Assembly (NCBI RefSeq): GCF_006345805.1
Contig: NC_043002.1
Location: forward strand, 32,178,001-32,242,000
From: Octopus sinensis
Taxonomy: Eukaryota
Direction: 5' to 3'
Length of the DNA stretch: 64,000 nt
Shown: positions 50,900-62,429 of the stretch, piece by piece
Position numbering within the stretch: the stretch's first letter is position 1
How the letters are laid out: each line of letters opens with the position of its first letter
Translations under genes and position numbers: made by a program
The notes under the pieces: model-generated
Told to the model about the DNA's origin: nothing
Databases searched by the model: none
The model's input: only the letters and a program-made list of their open reading frames with translations

Positions 50900-51180
50900 C
50901 AAGGCTAATCCAAACATAATTATTAAATCCAGGGAAGAAAATACTTGTAGACTAATAGATGTAAGTGTTCCCACTGATAAAAATATATCTTCAAGGAATT
51001 TGAGAAACTAAGTAGATATAAGGACCTGGATATTGAAATACAAAAATGTGGCATCTTAAAATTAGAACTGTTCATGTTATTGTAGGTGCTCTAGGTATGA
51101 TAAAAAAGAGATGTCAGAAACATCTAGATAAGATCCCAGGAGAACCATGTCTCAGAGAAATTCAAAAGATTGTGCTGACA
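50900..51180 (+). mobile_element. Degenerate R4/Dong RLE domain fragment
   Basis: Frameshifted ANPNIIIKSREENTCRLIDVSVPTDKN...FEKLSRYKDLDIEI...VIVGALGMIKKRCQKHLDKIPG..CLREIQKIVLT. Confidence 0.8.
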
Positions 51181-52033
51181 GAATTTGAACACAAAAGGTG
51201 AAAATGGACGAAATACGACTGAGCATTTCGCCTGGTGAGCTAAACATTCTGCCAGTTCGCCGCCTTCTAGTCTGAAAATATTAATTGGTTTCTGAAGAAT
51301 TTCATTATGTTTCTTTCTAATCCGATTTTAAATTATATAGAAAAAAAGAAGTGAGCTTTCTTTTGCTAAGTGCTATATTCTGTATTGCATCAAGAAGTCT
51401 GCTTTCGAGTGAATCTAGTTCTTCATTAAGAGGTAGGAATTTCCGAATATGAATCGTGATTAAATTTGCTCCTGAACAGTAATGTTATCGTTGATCTAGA
51501 GCAAGTAGGTCTCGAATTGCATGTATCTTCTAATACTTTCCATTCTTGGCGATGTATACTTTGAAGTAGACTTTCGTGGATGGTATTACATCATGCGCAT
51601 TACGTCTCCATGAACAAAGTTTATGCTGACCGTACACAATTGTACGGTACTGAATGATAATTGTTTTAGTTAAATTTGTGATGCAAACATATTACATTTA
51701 TGAATACAGCTTTTTGCTGGATGCGAGTAGAGTCTAATATGTTTTAATTTCTAAGACACAATGAGTATATACGAGATTCATGGTTTCTCACAATCAGCAC
51801 TTCAGTCAACCGTAAATGCCCACAGAATGGAAAAGAAAGTAGTTACATAAATCATCAGATGTCGTCTGCCATACATCAGCAAGGAGATTTTCTACCCATT
51901 TTTTTATGAGTACAACCATAGGTGATATGGCATTTTTCTGAGAAACAGGTTAGATATAGTACTTTAAGCCTTTCTAAAATGTCTGTTTTGGCCGCTATTG
52001 TCCTTAAGCTGCTGGTGGTTACTGCTTTATCTC

Positions 52034-52274
52034 TCTTTTACTATTTTTACTCTTTTACTTGTTTCAGTCATTTGACTGTGGCCATGTTGGAGTACCACCT
52101 TTAGTCGAGCAAATGGACCCCAGGACTTATTCTTTGTGAGCCTAGTACTTATTCTATCGGTCTATTTTGCCGAACCGCTAAGTTACCGGGACATAAACAC
52201 ACCAGAATCGGCTGTGATGCGAAGTTGGGGGGGGGGGGGTGACAAACACAGACGCGCACACACACACGCACGCA

Positions 52275-52360
<86 letters not shown>

Positions 52361-52498
52361 CGACGGGCTTCTTTTAGTTTCTGTCTACTAAATCCACACT
52401 CAAGGCTTCGGTCAGCCCGAGGCTATAGTAGAAGACACTTGCTCAAAGTGGGACTGGACTCGGAACCATGCTACTTACCACACAGCCACTCTTCCGCC
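52034..52498 (-). mobile_element. SINE family B, full length
   Basis: Tail, (CA)/(TA) linker and head all alignable with 34054. Confidence 0.88.
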
Positions 52499-52934
52499 TA
52501 CAATTTTAAAAACTTCTCTGAAAGTGTTTTAGCATTCTCCAAATGGTGACGGCAAAATATGATCGTGTACTAGTTCAAAGGATTTTTGGAGTACTGCTCT
52601 GCTAGCCCAATGAAAACTACTTTATGCAATGTTGGTTCAGACATTAGCTGTCTGTATCCTGTTTTTCACTACTCATTTAGCCTTTAATGAGCAATAGCTT
52701 ATATTTTAGAAAATTTTATATCAACTTTCCTCTTCCTGCATATGCTTGAAAAATATTTAATTGTGGTTTTCCTTAGTACTAGAATTTTTTTTTCAAGCAA
52801 CGTTTGTTCACTTTAATGTAAATTTGGTTGAACAGCTGGCGAAATTTATGACCGTTCGGAAAATATTTGTGAGTGTGTATGTGTGCGTGTGTGCATGTGT
52901 GTGTGTGTGAGTGTGTGTGTGTGTATGTGTGTGT

Positions 52935-52976
<42 letters not shown>

Positions 52977-53170
52977 TCGCGCGTGTGTGTATATCATGAT
53001 GTTACTGACAAGATAAATCGTAAGATAAATCTTTTAGGTCACCAGATTCCGAAAAAACGTTAATTGTTTTAGAAAAGGCCATAATTTTAAGAATAAACAT
53101 ATCTCTTTGTGCTATCTCTTGTGAAATACTTTAAGTTAAAATTTTTTCCGACCTTTTTAATAGATATAGA

Positions 53171-53219
<49 letters not shown>

Positions 53220-53252
53220 GTATGTATGTACATGTATGTACGTATGTATATG

Positions 53253-53559
53253 TCACGTGATCACGTGACCGACCAGACCATCAGATGTTGCTAAACATCG
53301 ATGGTTACAATGCGTTCGCATTGTTTCAGCCTTCGAATGACGCCACCCCGCTGGCTTAAGCGAGCAGGCCAACAGAAGAAAGAGCGAGAGAAAGAGTGGT
53401 GAAAGAGTACAGCTGGGATCACCATCCCCTGCCGGAGCCGCGTGGAGCCTTTAGGTTTTTTCGCTCAACAAACACTCACAATGCCCGGTCTGGGAATCGA
53501 AACCGCGATCCTACGACCGCGAGTCCGCTGCCCTAACCACTGGGCCATTGCACCTCCAC
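53253..53559 (-). mobile_element. tRNA SINE: family-A head and body with an alternative 3' tail
   Basis: First ~170 nt match 47834, then an unrelated tail ending ...ggtcggtcacgtgatcacgtgac. Confidence 0.85.
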
Positions 53560-53817
53560 ACGTATGTATATGTATGTGAGCGTTTGTATGTGTGTGTGTG
53601 TGAACATACGTATATGTACAGGTATGGTGATGTTAAAAGGAAAAAATAAAACTCAAAATATGAGTATATATATATTTATTAATATTTAACAGAAGTACCA
53701 GATTGACTCAAGGGCCGAGAATTTCGTACTTTGGCACTTATCAAACTCTTTGATAAGTTCCTTTCGCTAAATATTAATAAAAAATATATGTATTTCGAAA
53801 AGGATATTAATACTTAC

Positions 53818-54075
53818 TTGAGTAGTGTAGTGTTTAAAGGAATAAATTCATCATTTATGGAAACGTAAGGAAGAGCAAATTTTCTCCAGTCTAAAACATC
53901 GTCGGCAAATACAGATGAGGCCATGGCAAGCGGCTTGAATATTCGCTGCTGAACTAGTTCTTTCCAGCTTTGACCAGTTAATATTTCAGCTATGTAACCG
54001 GCAAGAATATACATGTAATTGTTATACACATAAGCAGAATGAAACTTCTTATAAGGTTTCAAATAACGGAGCCGC
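53818..54075 (-). CDS. Beta-lactamase-fold serine hydrolase, internal exon carrying the YxN motif
   Basis: Acceptor ttttcacctttacag|G, donor AA|gtaagt, 258 nt, phase 2-2. Encodes RLRYLKPYKKFHSAYVYNNYMYILAGYIAEILTGQSWKELVQQRIFKPLAMASS..., matching the family pattern F.Y.N..Y.L.G.I.E..TG.SW.....IF.PLGM. Confidence 0.92.
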
Positions 54076-54226
54076 CTGTAAAGGTGAAAATACGAGAGAA
54101 TCAATATATTTTAGTTACATAATAAAGCGTTACATGAGAAAAAATAAGTAGCTATTCGTACAAAATATGTCTTTTATATGTATTTACATATACATTAGCA
54201 AATGCGCATATACATATATATATATA

Positions 54227-54458
54227 TTTCTTTATTGCCCACAAGGGGCTAAACACAGAGATGACAAACAAGGACAGACAAAGGGATTAAGTCGATTACA
54301 TCGATCTCAGTGCGAAACTGGTACTTTATTTATCGACCCCGAAAGGATGAAAGGCAAAGTCGACCTCGGCGGAATTTGAACTCAGAACGTAACGGTAGAC
54401 GAAATACCGTTAAGCAATTCACCCGGCGTGCTAATGATTCTGCCAGCTCGCTGCCTTT
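54227..54458 (-). mobile_element. SINE family C, full length
   Basis: Minus strand aaggcagcgagctggcagaatcattagcacgccggg...gttctgagttcaaattccgccgaggtcgac...tgtgggcaataaagaaa. Confidence 0.9.
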
Positions 54459-55149
54459 TATACATATAGATATATGTGAACACATACACGCATACGTCAC
54501 CTGTTTTACAAAAGTAAGAATTACATATTACATATACATTATAGTACTATATGCATGTCCGTATCTGTACATATACGTATGAATATGTGTATGTGTGTGT
54601 GTGTGTGTGTGTGTGTTTTAAATTTGTTTACGGGAAACGTTTTGAATATGCAAATGAAGCTCCTATTCCATTATGCCGGCCACAGCTTAATGATGCTGAC
54701 TGGTGATACAATTTGGGGGTTTGTATCGAGCTGTACCGATATAATGTAGGAGATATATAATAATAATAACAATAATCATTGGATAGAATTTATAAATATT
54801 TTAATGCATCACTACGCGCGTTTCCACAAATCACATGTTCCTTAAGATCACAGCCTGTATTCTTGGAATGATTACAGTGCAGTCCGTCGTAACCGTGTGC
54901 ATCGGGTAGATTATCTTCATGGATTCATTTCTTCAGGCGATATAACATTAACGGATGTATAACTGAGGGTTGATTAAACAAATTAAATAGGAAGTGATGT
55001 TACAGTATAACTGAAAGCTTGGATGGTGGGAAGTGGCAGAGGCAGTAGCAAAATATATTCATGTAATACAAACAGACATTTAAACTAATAAGGTTCTTCT
55101 AAGGATGTGGGAAGTACTTGTTACCACAATCTTTTGGATTTCACTGAGA

Positions 55150-55970
55150 CATGCTTCTCCTGCGATATTATCTAGACGTTTTTGACATCCCTTTCTTATC
55201 ATACCAATATTGTGATGTTGTTGATTGAAGATAGTGTGCTAACCGGTGGTTTGTACTGTTTGGCAAGTCAAAACAAGGACCTCAGACATACAATACTCTA
55301 CGCAGCTCCAAGTAATACCGAGATTTGCAATACACCTAGATTGTAGGGTATTTCTAAATTTTCCGGGTGTTTTTTTTTTTTCAGGTTGGGTGATATTGAA
55401 GCCAATGCTCCGAAGATAATAGGGACATCCTTTGTGTTTGACTCCCGTAGCTGCCACATCTTAGCGATCTCAATTCTCAGGTCTCCATAATTATTAAATT
55501 TTTCTCTTTCTTTCATGATATTATATCGATCTATTGGCACTGCCACGTCGATTATTAGGCACCCTAGTTTGTCTCTCCTAAAGGTTACTAAATCCGGCCT
55601 TCGGTGCTCTAACATCTTGTCTCTCTGGAAGTAAAAATCCCAAAGTTCTTTGCCTTCGCTTTCCTGTCCATTACCTTTTCCGGTGTATGTTGGTACCAAG
55701 CACCCGTTACCTCGTATCCATACCTCCGGCATAGTAAGCAGTGAAGGTTTTGGGCTACCTTGACGTGTCTGTGCTTGTACTCTTTTGGCGCAAGAATTTC
55801 ACAAGTACTAACAATGTGTGTAGCACTTTCGATCCTCTTCTCACACATTCTGCAGAGGCTCGTTCCACTTGTGTGGTATGCATCCCCTTTCACTGACTTG
55901 GTATTCAATGCCTGGTCCTGGGCAGAGTTGATTAGGCTTTCAGTTTCTTTTTTTTATCACCCTTATTGAG
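55150..55970 (-). mobile_element. R4/Dong-clade RLE LINE fragment (distinct subfamily, frameshifted)
   Basis: AQDQALNT...CRMCEKRIESATHIVSTC..LAPKEYKHRH; LWDF...RRPDLV...IIDVAVP...KEREKFNNYGDLRIEIAKMW...IIFGALA. Confidence 0.88.
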
Positions 55971-55989
55971 CCAACTCAATGATGCTTCC

Positions 55990-56480
55990 TGGCCTGTCCG
56001 AGGTGCGTGCAGAGTGATAAAACCGTTCTGCACACCCTCTGTCAATTTCCAGGTATTGCTGACGTCTTGGGTTATTTTGAACAGCTGCTGTCACCTGTGG
56101 GACGGATCCGTCTGTCGGCCGAGTCTGTAGTGATCATTGCACCGTCGCCCTCTTTCAATTGGGCAGGCAATGCAGTTTTCTTTGCCTGGTGGCTGTGGCG
56201 AAAGAGGTTGTTTGGTGGACAAGGCTGAAATGTAGGTGGACACATTCATTCCTCTTTGGTAGAGCTCCCATTGACTTTTTAAAGTTTCACTTGAAAAGGA
56301 AATTCAGAGTAAAGAGTAAAGAGGAATGTGCTGTCCTCGAGTCAATTTATCAAAAGGTGGGTGAAAATTGCGAAAATGACAGAAGCGGATGGTACCTCTC
56401 TAAGTGTAGACCTGTGAGTCGGAGAGAAGGAACTGGTGAGAGCACTTGCTCATAGAGTTTCAGGAAAATCTCGGACAGTG
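55990..56480 (+). mobile_element. L1/Tx1-type LINE ORF2 C-terminus (zinc-knuckle region)
   Basis: ACPRCVQSDKTVLHTLCQFP...EQLLSPVGRIRLSAESVV; FLCLVAVAKEVVWWTRLK...FHLKRKFRV. Several frameshifts. Confidence 0.65.
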
Positions 56481-56744
56481 GGGTTCCTCAATTATCTCTA
56501 GAGGTGTTTCTATATCAGGAGGGCCGCATCTCTTTCATCCCCCACTTTTTTCTTTTGTACTTTTGTATGCTATGCATGTCTCTTCTTTCCCAGTGTATAC
56601 CGTGTATACATTTTTTCATCATCTCACGCTTTATGTTTGTCTCTGTATTGTTCCCCTCATCCTTCGCCCTTGTGGCAAATAAATTAACTTCTTCTTCTTA
56701 TCATCATCATTATCATCATCATCATTATTATTAAGATTTGGTTT

Positions 56745-57120
56745 TAATCCTGGTAGAATTTATGTGGGTAGTGGTTTACTATCTGCGACATTAAATATCC
56801 ATAAGATTACAAAAAAAATTTAAGTGCTCAAAATGCTTCTAATAATCTGTCTTGTTACTAAGAGGCAAATTCTTTAAAGGACATTCTATTCCAGTCACCT
56901 CCAACCGTTTGTCTATATCTCACAGTTCTTAATGCACCAATTGCAGAAGGAACAACCTTTAAAGTTTTCATTTTCCAAATTCTCGCACTTTCAAACTTGA
57001 GGGATTGAATTTTTAGAATTTTTCATCTGCTTTCTTTACTATCTTAGAATCAAAAAGACATTATGGGCCAATGAGTTAGCAATTTCACTTTTCTATGTCT
57101 ATTGTTGTCTGGTTTGTTAT
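56745..57120 (-). mobile_element. Degenerate R4/Dong 3' end
   Basis: Minus-strand FESARIWKMKTLKVVPSAIGALRTV. The 3' UTR block ggtagaatttatgtgggtag is shared with 58910. Ends in an (AAT/GAT)n tract. Confidence 0.6.
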
Positions 57121-57331
57121 ATTCTATCGTCTTATCAATTTGAAATGGAAAATCCCATAAAATCTTGCATTCTTCTTCTTCTTCTTCTTCTTCTTCTTCT
57201 TCTTCTTCTTCTTTTTCTTTCTTCTTCTTCTTCTTTTCTTCTTCTTCTTCTTTTCTTCTTCTTCTTCTTCTTCTTCTTCTCTTCTTCTTCTTCTTCTTCT
57301 TCTTCTTCTTCTCTTCTTCTTCTTCTTCTTC

Positions 57332-57384
<53 letters not shown>

Positions 57385-57910
57385 GAGTGAGAGAGCAGTG
57401 CATGTGGTAAAATATTCGAAGCCCAGTATACCCATCATGACTACCCATCTGATAAGGGCACACCAGGCGATGAATCTCAACCATATGTGTGCGCCATGGG
57501 ATCTCATATCAAGATAAATAGGACATGACCTTGCATGTCGGACTGTATTAGAATTTTCTTCAGATCGAGTAGCCCATCCCGCTGAAATGGTCCTTACGTG
57601 AGGATTTTTTAAGGATGTTGAAAGAAACACCCGTGTTTCCAGTGGTGAATTATCAACTTCAAAGAATTTCTCTCAATAGATGGATCCACCACATAATCCT
57701 GCTCGTGGTTAGAGATGCACATATCCTCAGCCACTAAGGGACGTGCTCAGCTGGTTAAGGTCAAACAACTGACAAGCAAATCTGCGGTATTGAGCAGAAT
57801 ATTTGCTGTAGCCCATCTTTTATACCAAGACAAAACAATGTACATGATAACACTTCCAATCAGTTAAAATCAAAAGCCATGAGATCCACTGCCTGGAACT
57901 GCGTCAGGGA
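57385..57910 (-). mobile_element. Family D ~530-bp element, full length, in (TAA)n
   Basis: + strand (ATT)n-gagtgagagagcagtgcatg...cctggaactgcgtcaggga-atttattattatt. Homologous to 18350. Confidence 0.88.
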
Positions 57911-57921
57911 ATTTATTATTA

Positions 57922-58870
57922 TTATTACCTCTGCCTTAACGTCTTGACTGTTTTCAGTCTTGACTGCTTGTTTGTTTGTTTTGTTTCTTTGTTTGTCTGT
58001 CCGTGGAAAGATATCTATATCTGAAGAACCGCTCGATGGATTCGGATGAAACCTTCAGGGATGTTTGGCCTCGTGACTGGCACGAACTGATTAGATTTTG
58101 AAATCGATCCGCTACCGGACAAGGGTTCAGGATTATTTGTTATATTTACTTTACTTGATTACGATCTTACGTTGACTTTCCCAATTATCTCCATCTAGGT
58201 TGTTTCCAAAGTTTTATTTTCGTTTCCTTATTATTTATTTTACTCGCGTCCCTCGCTTCACGGATAAAACAATCAAACTAAATAATCGAACGGCAGCAAA
58301 ACTGTTCGGAAATTAATTAACACTAACAATAAATAGTGTTAATTTATTTAATACGTATATATTATACATAGATTTACAGTATGTATAATACATTTACATA
58401 TATACTTATATCTATACATCGATCTAAAACAATAGAAATACCAAACAAAGGCTGGAATTTAAGAGAAGAGAAAACCAAAAGGTCTCATGCTATTCATTTA
58501 AAAATTCCTGAGTAGAACCTATTATTATTACCTCCGCCTTTGAAACTATTTTGAATCGCGAATTTGTTAACTTTGGCTTGTATTAGATAAGGATAAACTA
58601 TATATTACTGTTACTAAATTTTCTACAGCCACCTTCAAATTCCATGAATACCATTGGGATCGCTCAGGTACCGGACAAGGATTCTGAATTATTTTTCCAG
58701 TTTTTTTTTTACTTAAATTTCGAGAGCAGTCGGTTTCATTTTAAGTATTCTCCTTTGTGAGAGCAGTCGAATTTATTTCAGACATTCTCATTTTAAAAAT
58801 CATCTCCGGCTAATCGTTGAGAGGACGTTGGCGCTACCGTGGCGGAGGCTTGCATTCTATGAGTGCTCTG
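57922..58870 (+). mobile_element. Helentron-associated non-autonomous element (HINE/DINE-1-like), with a duplicated 5' part
   Basis: 5' TTATTACCTC(T/C)GCC at 57922 and 58525, a (TGTT/TCTG)n tract, 3' subterminal GGCGGAGGC at 58841, then the hairpin GCATTC-tat-GAGTGC. Confidence 0.65.
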
Positions 58871-58889
58871 ATTATTATCTTGGTTTGAC

Positions 58890-59190
58890 TCAGTTTTGGT
58901 CTTATTCTTGGTAGAATTTATGTGGGTAGCGCGTTATTACCTGTAACCTTAAGTATCCACAATTTTTCTAACACATCCTCTCCATATATTTTTTTCTCAA
59001 GTTGCTTGTTTTATTGCTTGATTTTTTTATCTGCTACAATTAGACCCTTTGTTTCTTTTTTTTAATTACTCCTTTTTTAACCAAGCCCATATTTCCTCAG
59101 TGTTCCCCAAAATTGGCCATGCAGAGGTTTCTCTTCAATCTGTCTGACGTGCTTTCTTTGCATTTCATCTTGTCCTTTTCTCCTTTTATG
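58890..59190 (-). mobile_element. Degenerate, internally deleted R4/Dong fragment
   Basis: Minus strand EKPLHGQF matches EKPLHGKY of the copies at 61060 and 63640. 3' UTR shared with 56745. Confidence 0.55.
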
Positions 59191-59224
59191 CATTTGATCA
59201 CTTATTCCTTATTATTATTATTAT

Positions 59225-59632
59225 CATTATTTTGGCTCCATGCAATGTCTTTGTTTCCAATGTTTTTGGATAGATTTCGGAGCAGTGTTTTATCGCTCTC
59301 ACATGTTAAACGACCCCTGTGTCCTTATTATTATTATTATCATCATCATTATTATTATTGTTATTATTATTATCATTATTTTGGCTCCATGCAATGTCTT
59401 TATTTCCAATGTTTTTGGATAGATTTCGGAGCAGTGTTTTATCGCTCTCACATGTTAAACGACCCCTGTGTCCTTATTATTATTATTATTATTATTATCA
59501 TCATCATTATTATTATTGTTATTATTATTATCATTATTTTGGCTCCATGCAATGTCTTTATTTCCAATGATTTTGGATAGATTTCGGAGCAGTGTTTTAT
59601 CGCTCTCACATGTTAAACGACCCCTGTGTCCT
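59225..59632. repeat. Three tandem copies of a ~95-bp core separated by (TTA/TCA)n spacers (periods 149 and 158 bp)
   Basis: ggctccatgcaatgtcttt...cgacccctgtgtcc starts at 59234, 59383 and 59541. Confidence 0.92.
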
Positions 59633-59688
59633 TATTATTATTATTATTATCATCATCATCATTATTATTATTGTTATTATTATTATTA

Positions 59689-59740
<52 letters not shown>

Positions 59741-59778
59741 TATTATTATTGTTATCATTATTATCATCATTATTATTA

Positions 59779-59810
<32 letters not shown>

Positions 59811-59818
59811 TTATTATT

Positions 59819-59864
59819 GAGTGAGAGAGCAGTGCATGTCATCAAAGTAACACTGGGGTAAAAT
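59819..59864 (-). mobile_element. Family D element, terminal 45 bp only
   Basis: (ATT)n-gagtgagagagcagtgcatgtcatcaaagtaacactggggtaaaat. Confidence 0.75.
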
Positions 59865-60458
59865 GTACTTTCTTTCGCCTTCACAACTCTGTGACAGTTT
59901 CAGATAGAATCTTACCCATTTATTTAATACCGTAATAATGTCTGGTTTTCTTTCTTTTATCCAAATATCATATCCTAAGTTTACCAGTTGCAGTCGCTAG
60001 TGTAAATGACGATACTTGCCTTGCACTTAAAGTGTTATCATAAAAAATATAGAATTACTGTATTTGTGGTTTGAAAATATTTATGTAGGCGTGCAGTAGG
60101 CGTGTAAATGTTATTATTGCTTAAAGTGTCGCCAAATCATTCTTATTAGTATCCACTTTATCAACTGCTTTGTATTTTCTATTCCTTTATGTTTGTTCTC
60201 TTTCTAGTTACCTAGGTTTCTCTTTGAGGGGGCGTTGTCTCTATAACTTCTTGACATTTCTGTTGCTCGTTAAAAGTGAAAGCAAATAAGTGATTCCTCT
60301 TAAATTTTTCAATTCAGGTGGGAGGAAAAATTCTGAATAAAATTATTGTCTCCCCCTATAATGGTCCTACTTGTTTCCAATACACAGAAGTGATATCAAT
60401 ATTTTGAAAGAAATCAACGAACAAGTAGTTGCGGGCAAGCAGTTTCTTCCCAGCAACA

Positions 60459-60527
<69 letters not shown>

Positions 60528-60530
<3 letters not shown>

Positions 60531-61915
60531 GAGGCCTTATAAAGCTGGAAAACTACTATAAAATAACCACCATAGGACTGCAAAAATACCTACTTCAGAA
60601 GCAAGGAAAACTGATACAAATAGCGGCAAAACACGAGCAAACAAAAAAATTGTTCTCAGTATTTAGGGAAGCTGACGAATACAAACAAGAAATCATACCA
60701 CCTAACAAATATGAAGAAGAAGAAGAAGAAGAAGAAGAAGAAGAAGAAGAAGAGAAGAGAAGAAGAAGAGAAGAAGAAGAAGAAAGAAGAAGGAAAGGAA
60801 GAAAAAAGAAGAAAGAAGAAGAAGAAAAAGAGAACGAAGAAGAAAAGAAGAAGAAGAAGAAGAAGGAAAAGAAGAAAAAAAAAGAAGAAGAAGAAGAAGA
60901 AGAAGAAGAAGAAGAAAAAGAAGAAAAGAAGAAGAAGAAGAAGAAGAAGAAGAAGAAGAAGAAGAAGAAGAAGAAGAAGAAGAAGAAGAGCTATAAAGCA
61001 AATGAAATCAAAACTAAAACTAGAACAGCAACGGACCATGATAAAGCGATGGGAAGAAAAGCCCCTTCATGGCAAGTACTGGACTAAACTAAATGCAAAA
61101 GAAATAGACAAAGAAAAATCCTAGCAATGGTTGAGAAGCTCAGGACTCAAAGCAGAGACAGAGGGATTTTTAATTGCAGCACAAGACCAAAGCCTCCACA
61201 CCAGAAATTACAAAAAACATGTAATGAAAAGAAATATAACAAGAAACTGCAGAATATGTGGAGATGGACAAGAAACAATAAATCATATTATCTCTGGCTG
61301 CCCAGTCCTGGCTAAGAAGGAATATATTCACAGACACGACAGAGCTGGGAGCTACATACACTGGAAGCTATGCCAACATTATGGAATAACAACAGAAAAA
61401 AGATGGCATAGGCACACACCAGAAAAGGTCACAGAAAACGAGAAAGCAACCATACTCTGGGATATGCCAATACACACAGATAGAGAAATTAAGGCCAACA
61501 GACCAGATATACTTGTCAGAGATCACGAAGAAAAAAATGCTTTCTAATTGATGTATCAATACCAGCAGATGACAACGTGTCTCTAAAAGAAATGGAGAAA
61601 TATTCAAAATGCAAAGACCTGGAAATAGAGGTAACTAGAATGTGGAATCTAAAAACAGAAATAATTCCTATCATAATAGGTGCATTAGGCATGATAAAAA
61701 AATATTCAGACAAATACATAACAAAACACCAGGACTTACAAACACATATAACATACAGAAAATTGCACTACTAATCACTGCACACATCCTACGCAGAATA
61801 CTTTCACTACAGTAACCATCAGAGCATCACAACAAATCACAGCACATACCCAAGGCACACTGAACTGCGCTCGGTAATGAAGTGAAGGCACGTTATAAAA
61901 ATAAAACTACTGAAT
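60528..61915 (+). mobile_element. 5'-truncated R4/Dong-clade RLE LINE with an internal (GAA)n expansion
   Basis: RGLIKLENYYK...WEEKPLHGKY...WLRSSGLKAETEGFLIAAQDQSL...CRICGDGQETINHIISGC...RHD...NRPDILV...IDVSIP...KEMEKYSKCKDL...IIGALG. (AAT)n on both sides. One stop and frameshifts. Confidence 0.92.
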
Positions 61916-61919
61916 TATG

Positions 61920-62002
<83 letters not shown>

Positions 62003-62226
62003 GCCCTGATGCAGTACCAGGCTGTGGCTCTCGTTGCTTCTGATCTTAACTGATTGGAAGTGTTTTCATGTACATTGTTTTCTCTTGGTATAAAAGATGG
62101 GCTACAGCAAATATTCTGCTGAATACCACAGATTTGTTTGTTAGTTGCTTAACCTGAACCAGTTGAGCCCCTTAGTGGCTGACGATATGTGCATCTCTGA
62201 TCACGAGCAGAAGTAGTGGGGGATCA
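62003..62226 (+). mobile_element. Family D element, partial, opposite orientation, in (AAT/GAT)n
   Basis: gccctgatgcagtaccaggc.gtggctctc...gagcagaagtagtgggg is the reverse complement of the distal part of 57385-57910. Confidence 0.85.
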
Positions 62227-62234
62227 TAATAATG

Positions 62235-62271
<37 letters not shown>

Positions 62272-62279
62272 TAATAATG

Positions 62280-62374
<95 letters not shown>

Positions 62375-62429
62375 CATAAAATAAAAGTCAAAGATGGCTT
62401 TCATGAATAATGTCGAAGACAACTGGAAA

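Noticed and set aside
59225-59632. CRISPR-like repeat-spacer appearance
   Set aside because: The context is eukaryotic, the repeat (~95 bp) is too long, the spacers are homologous microsatellites, and there are no cas genes.
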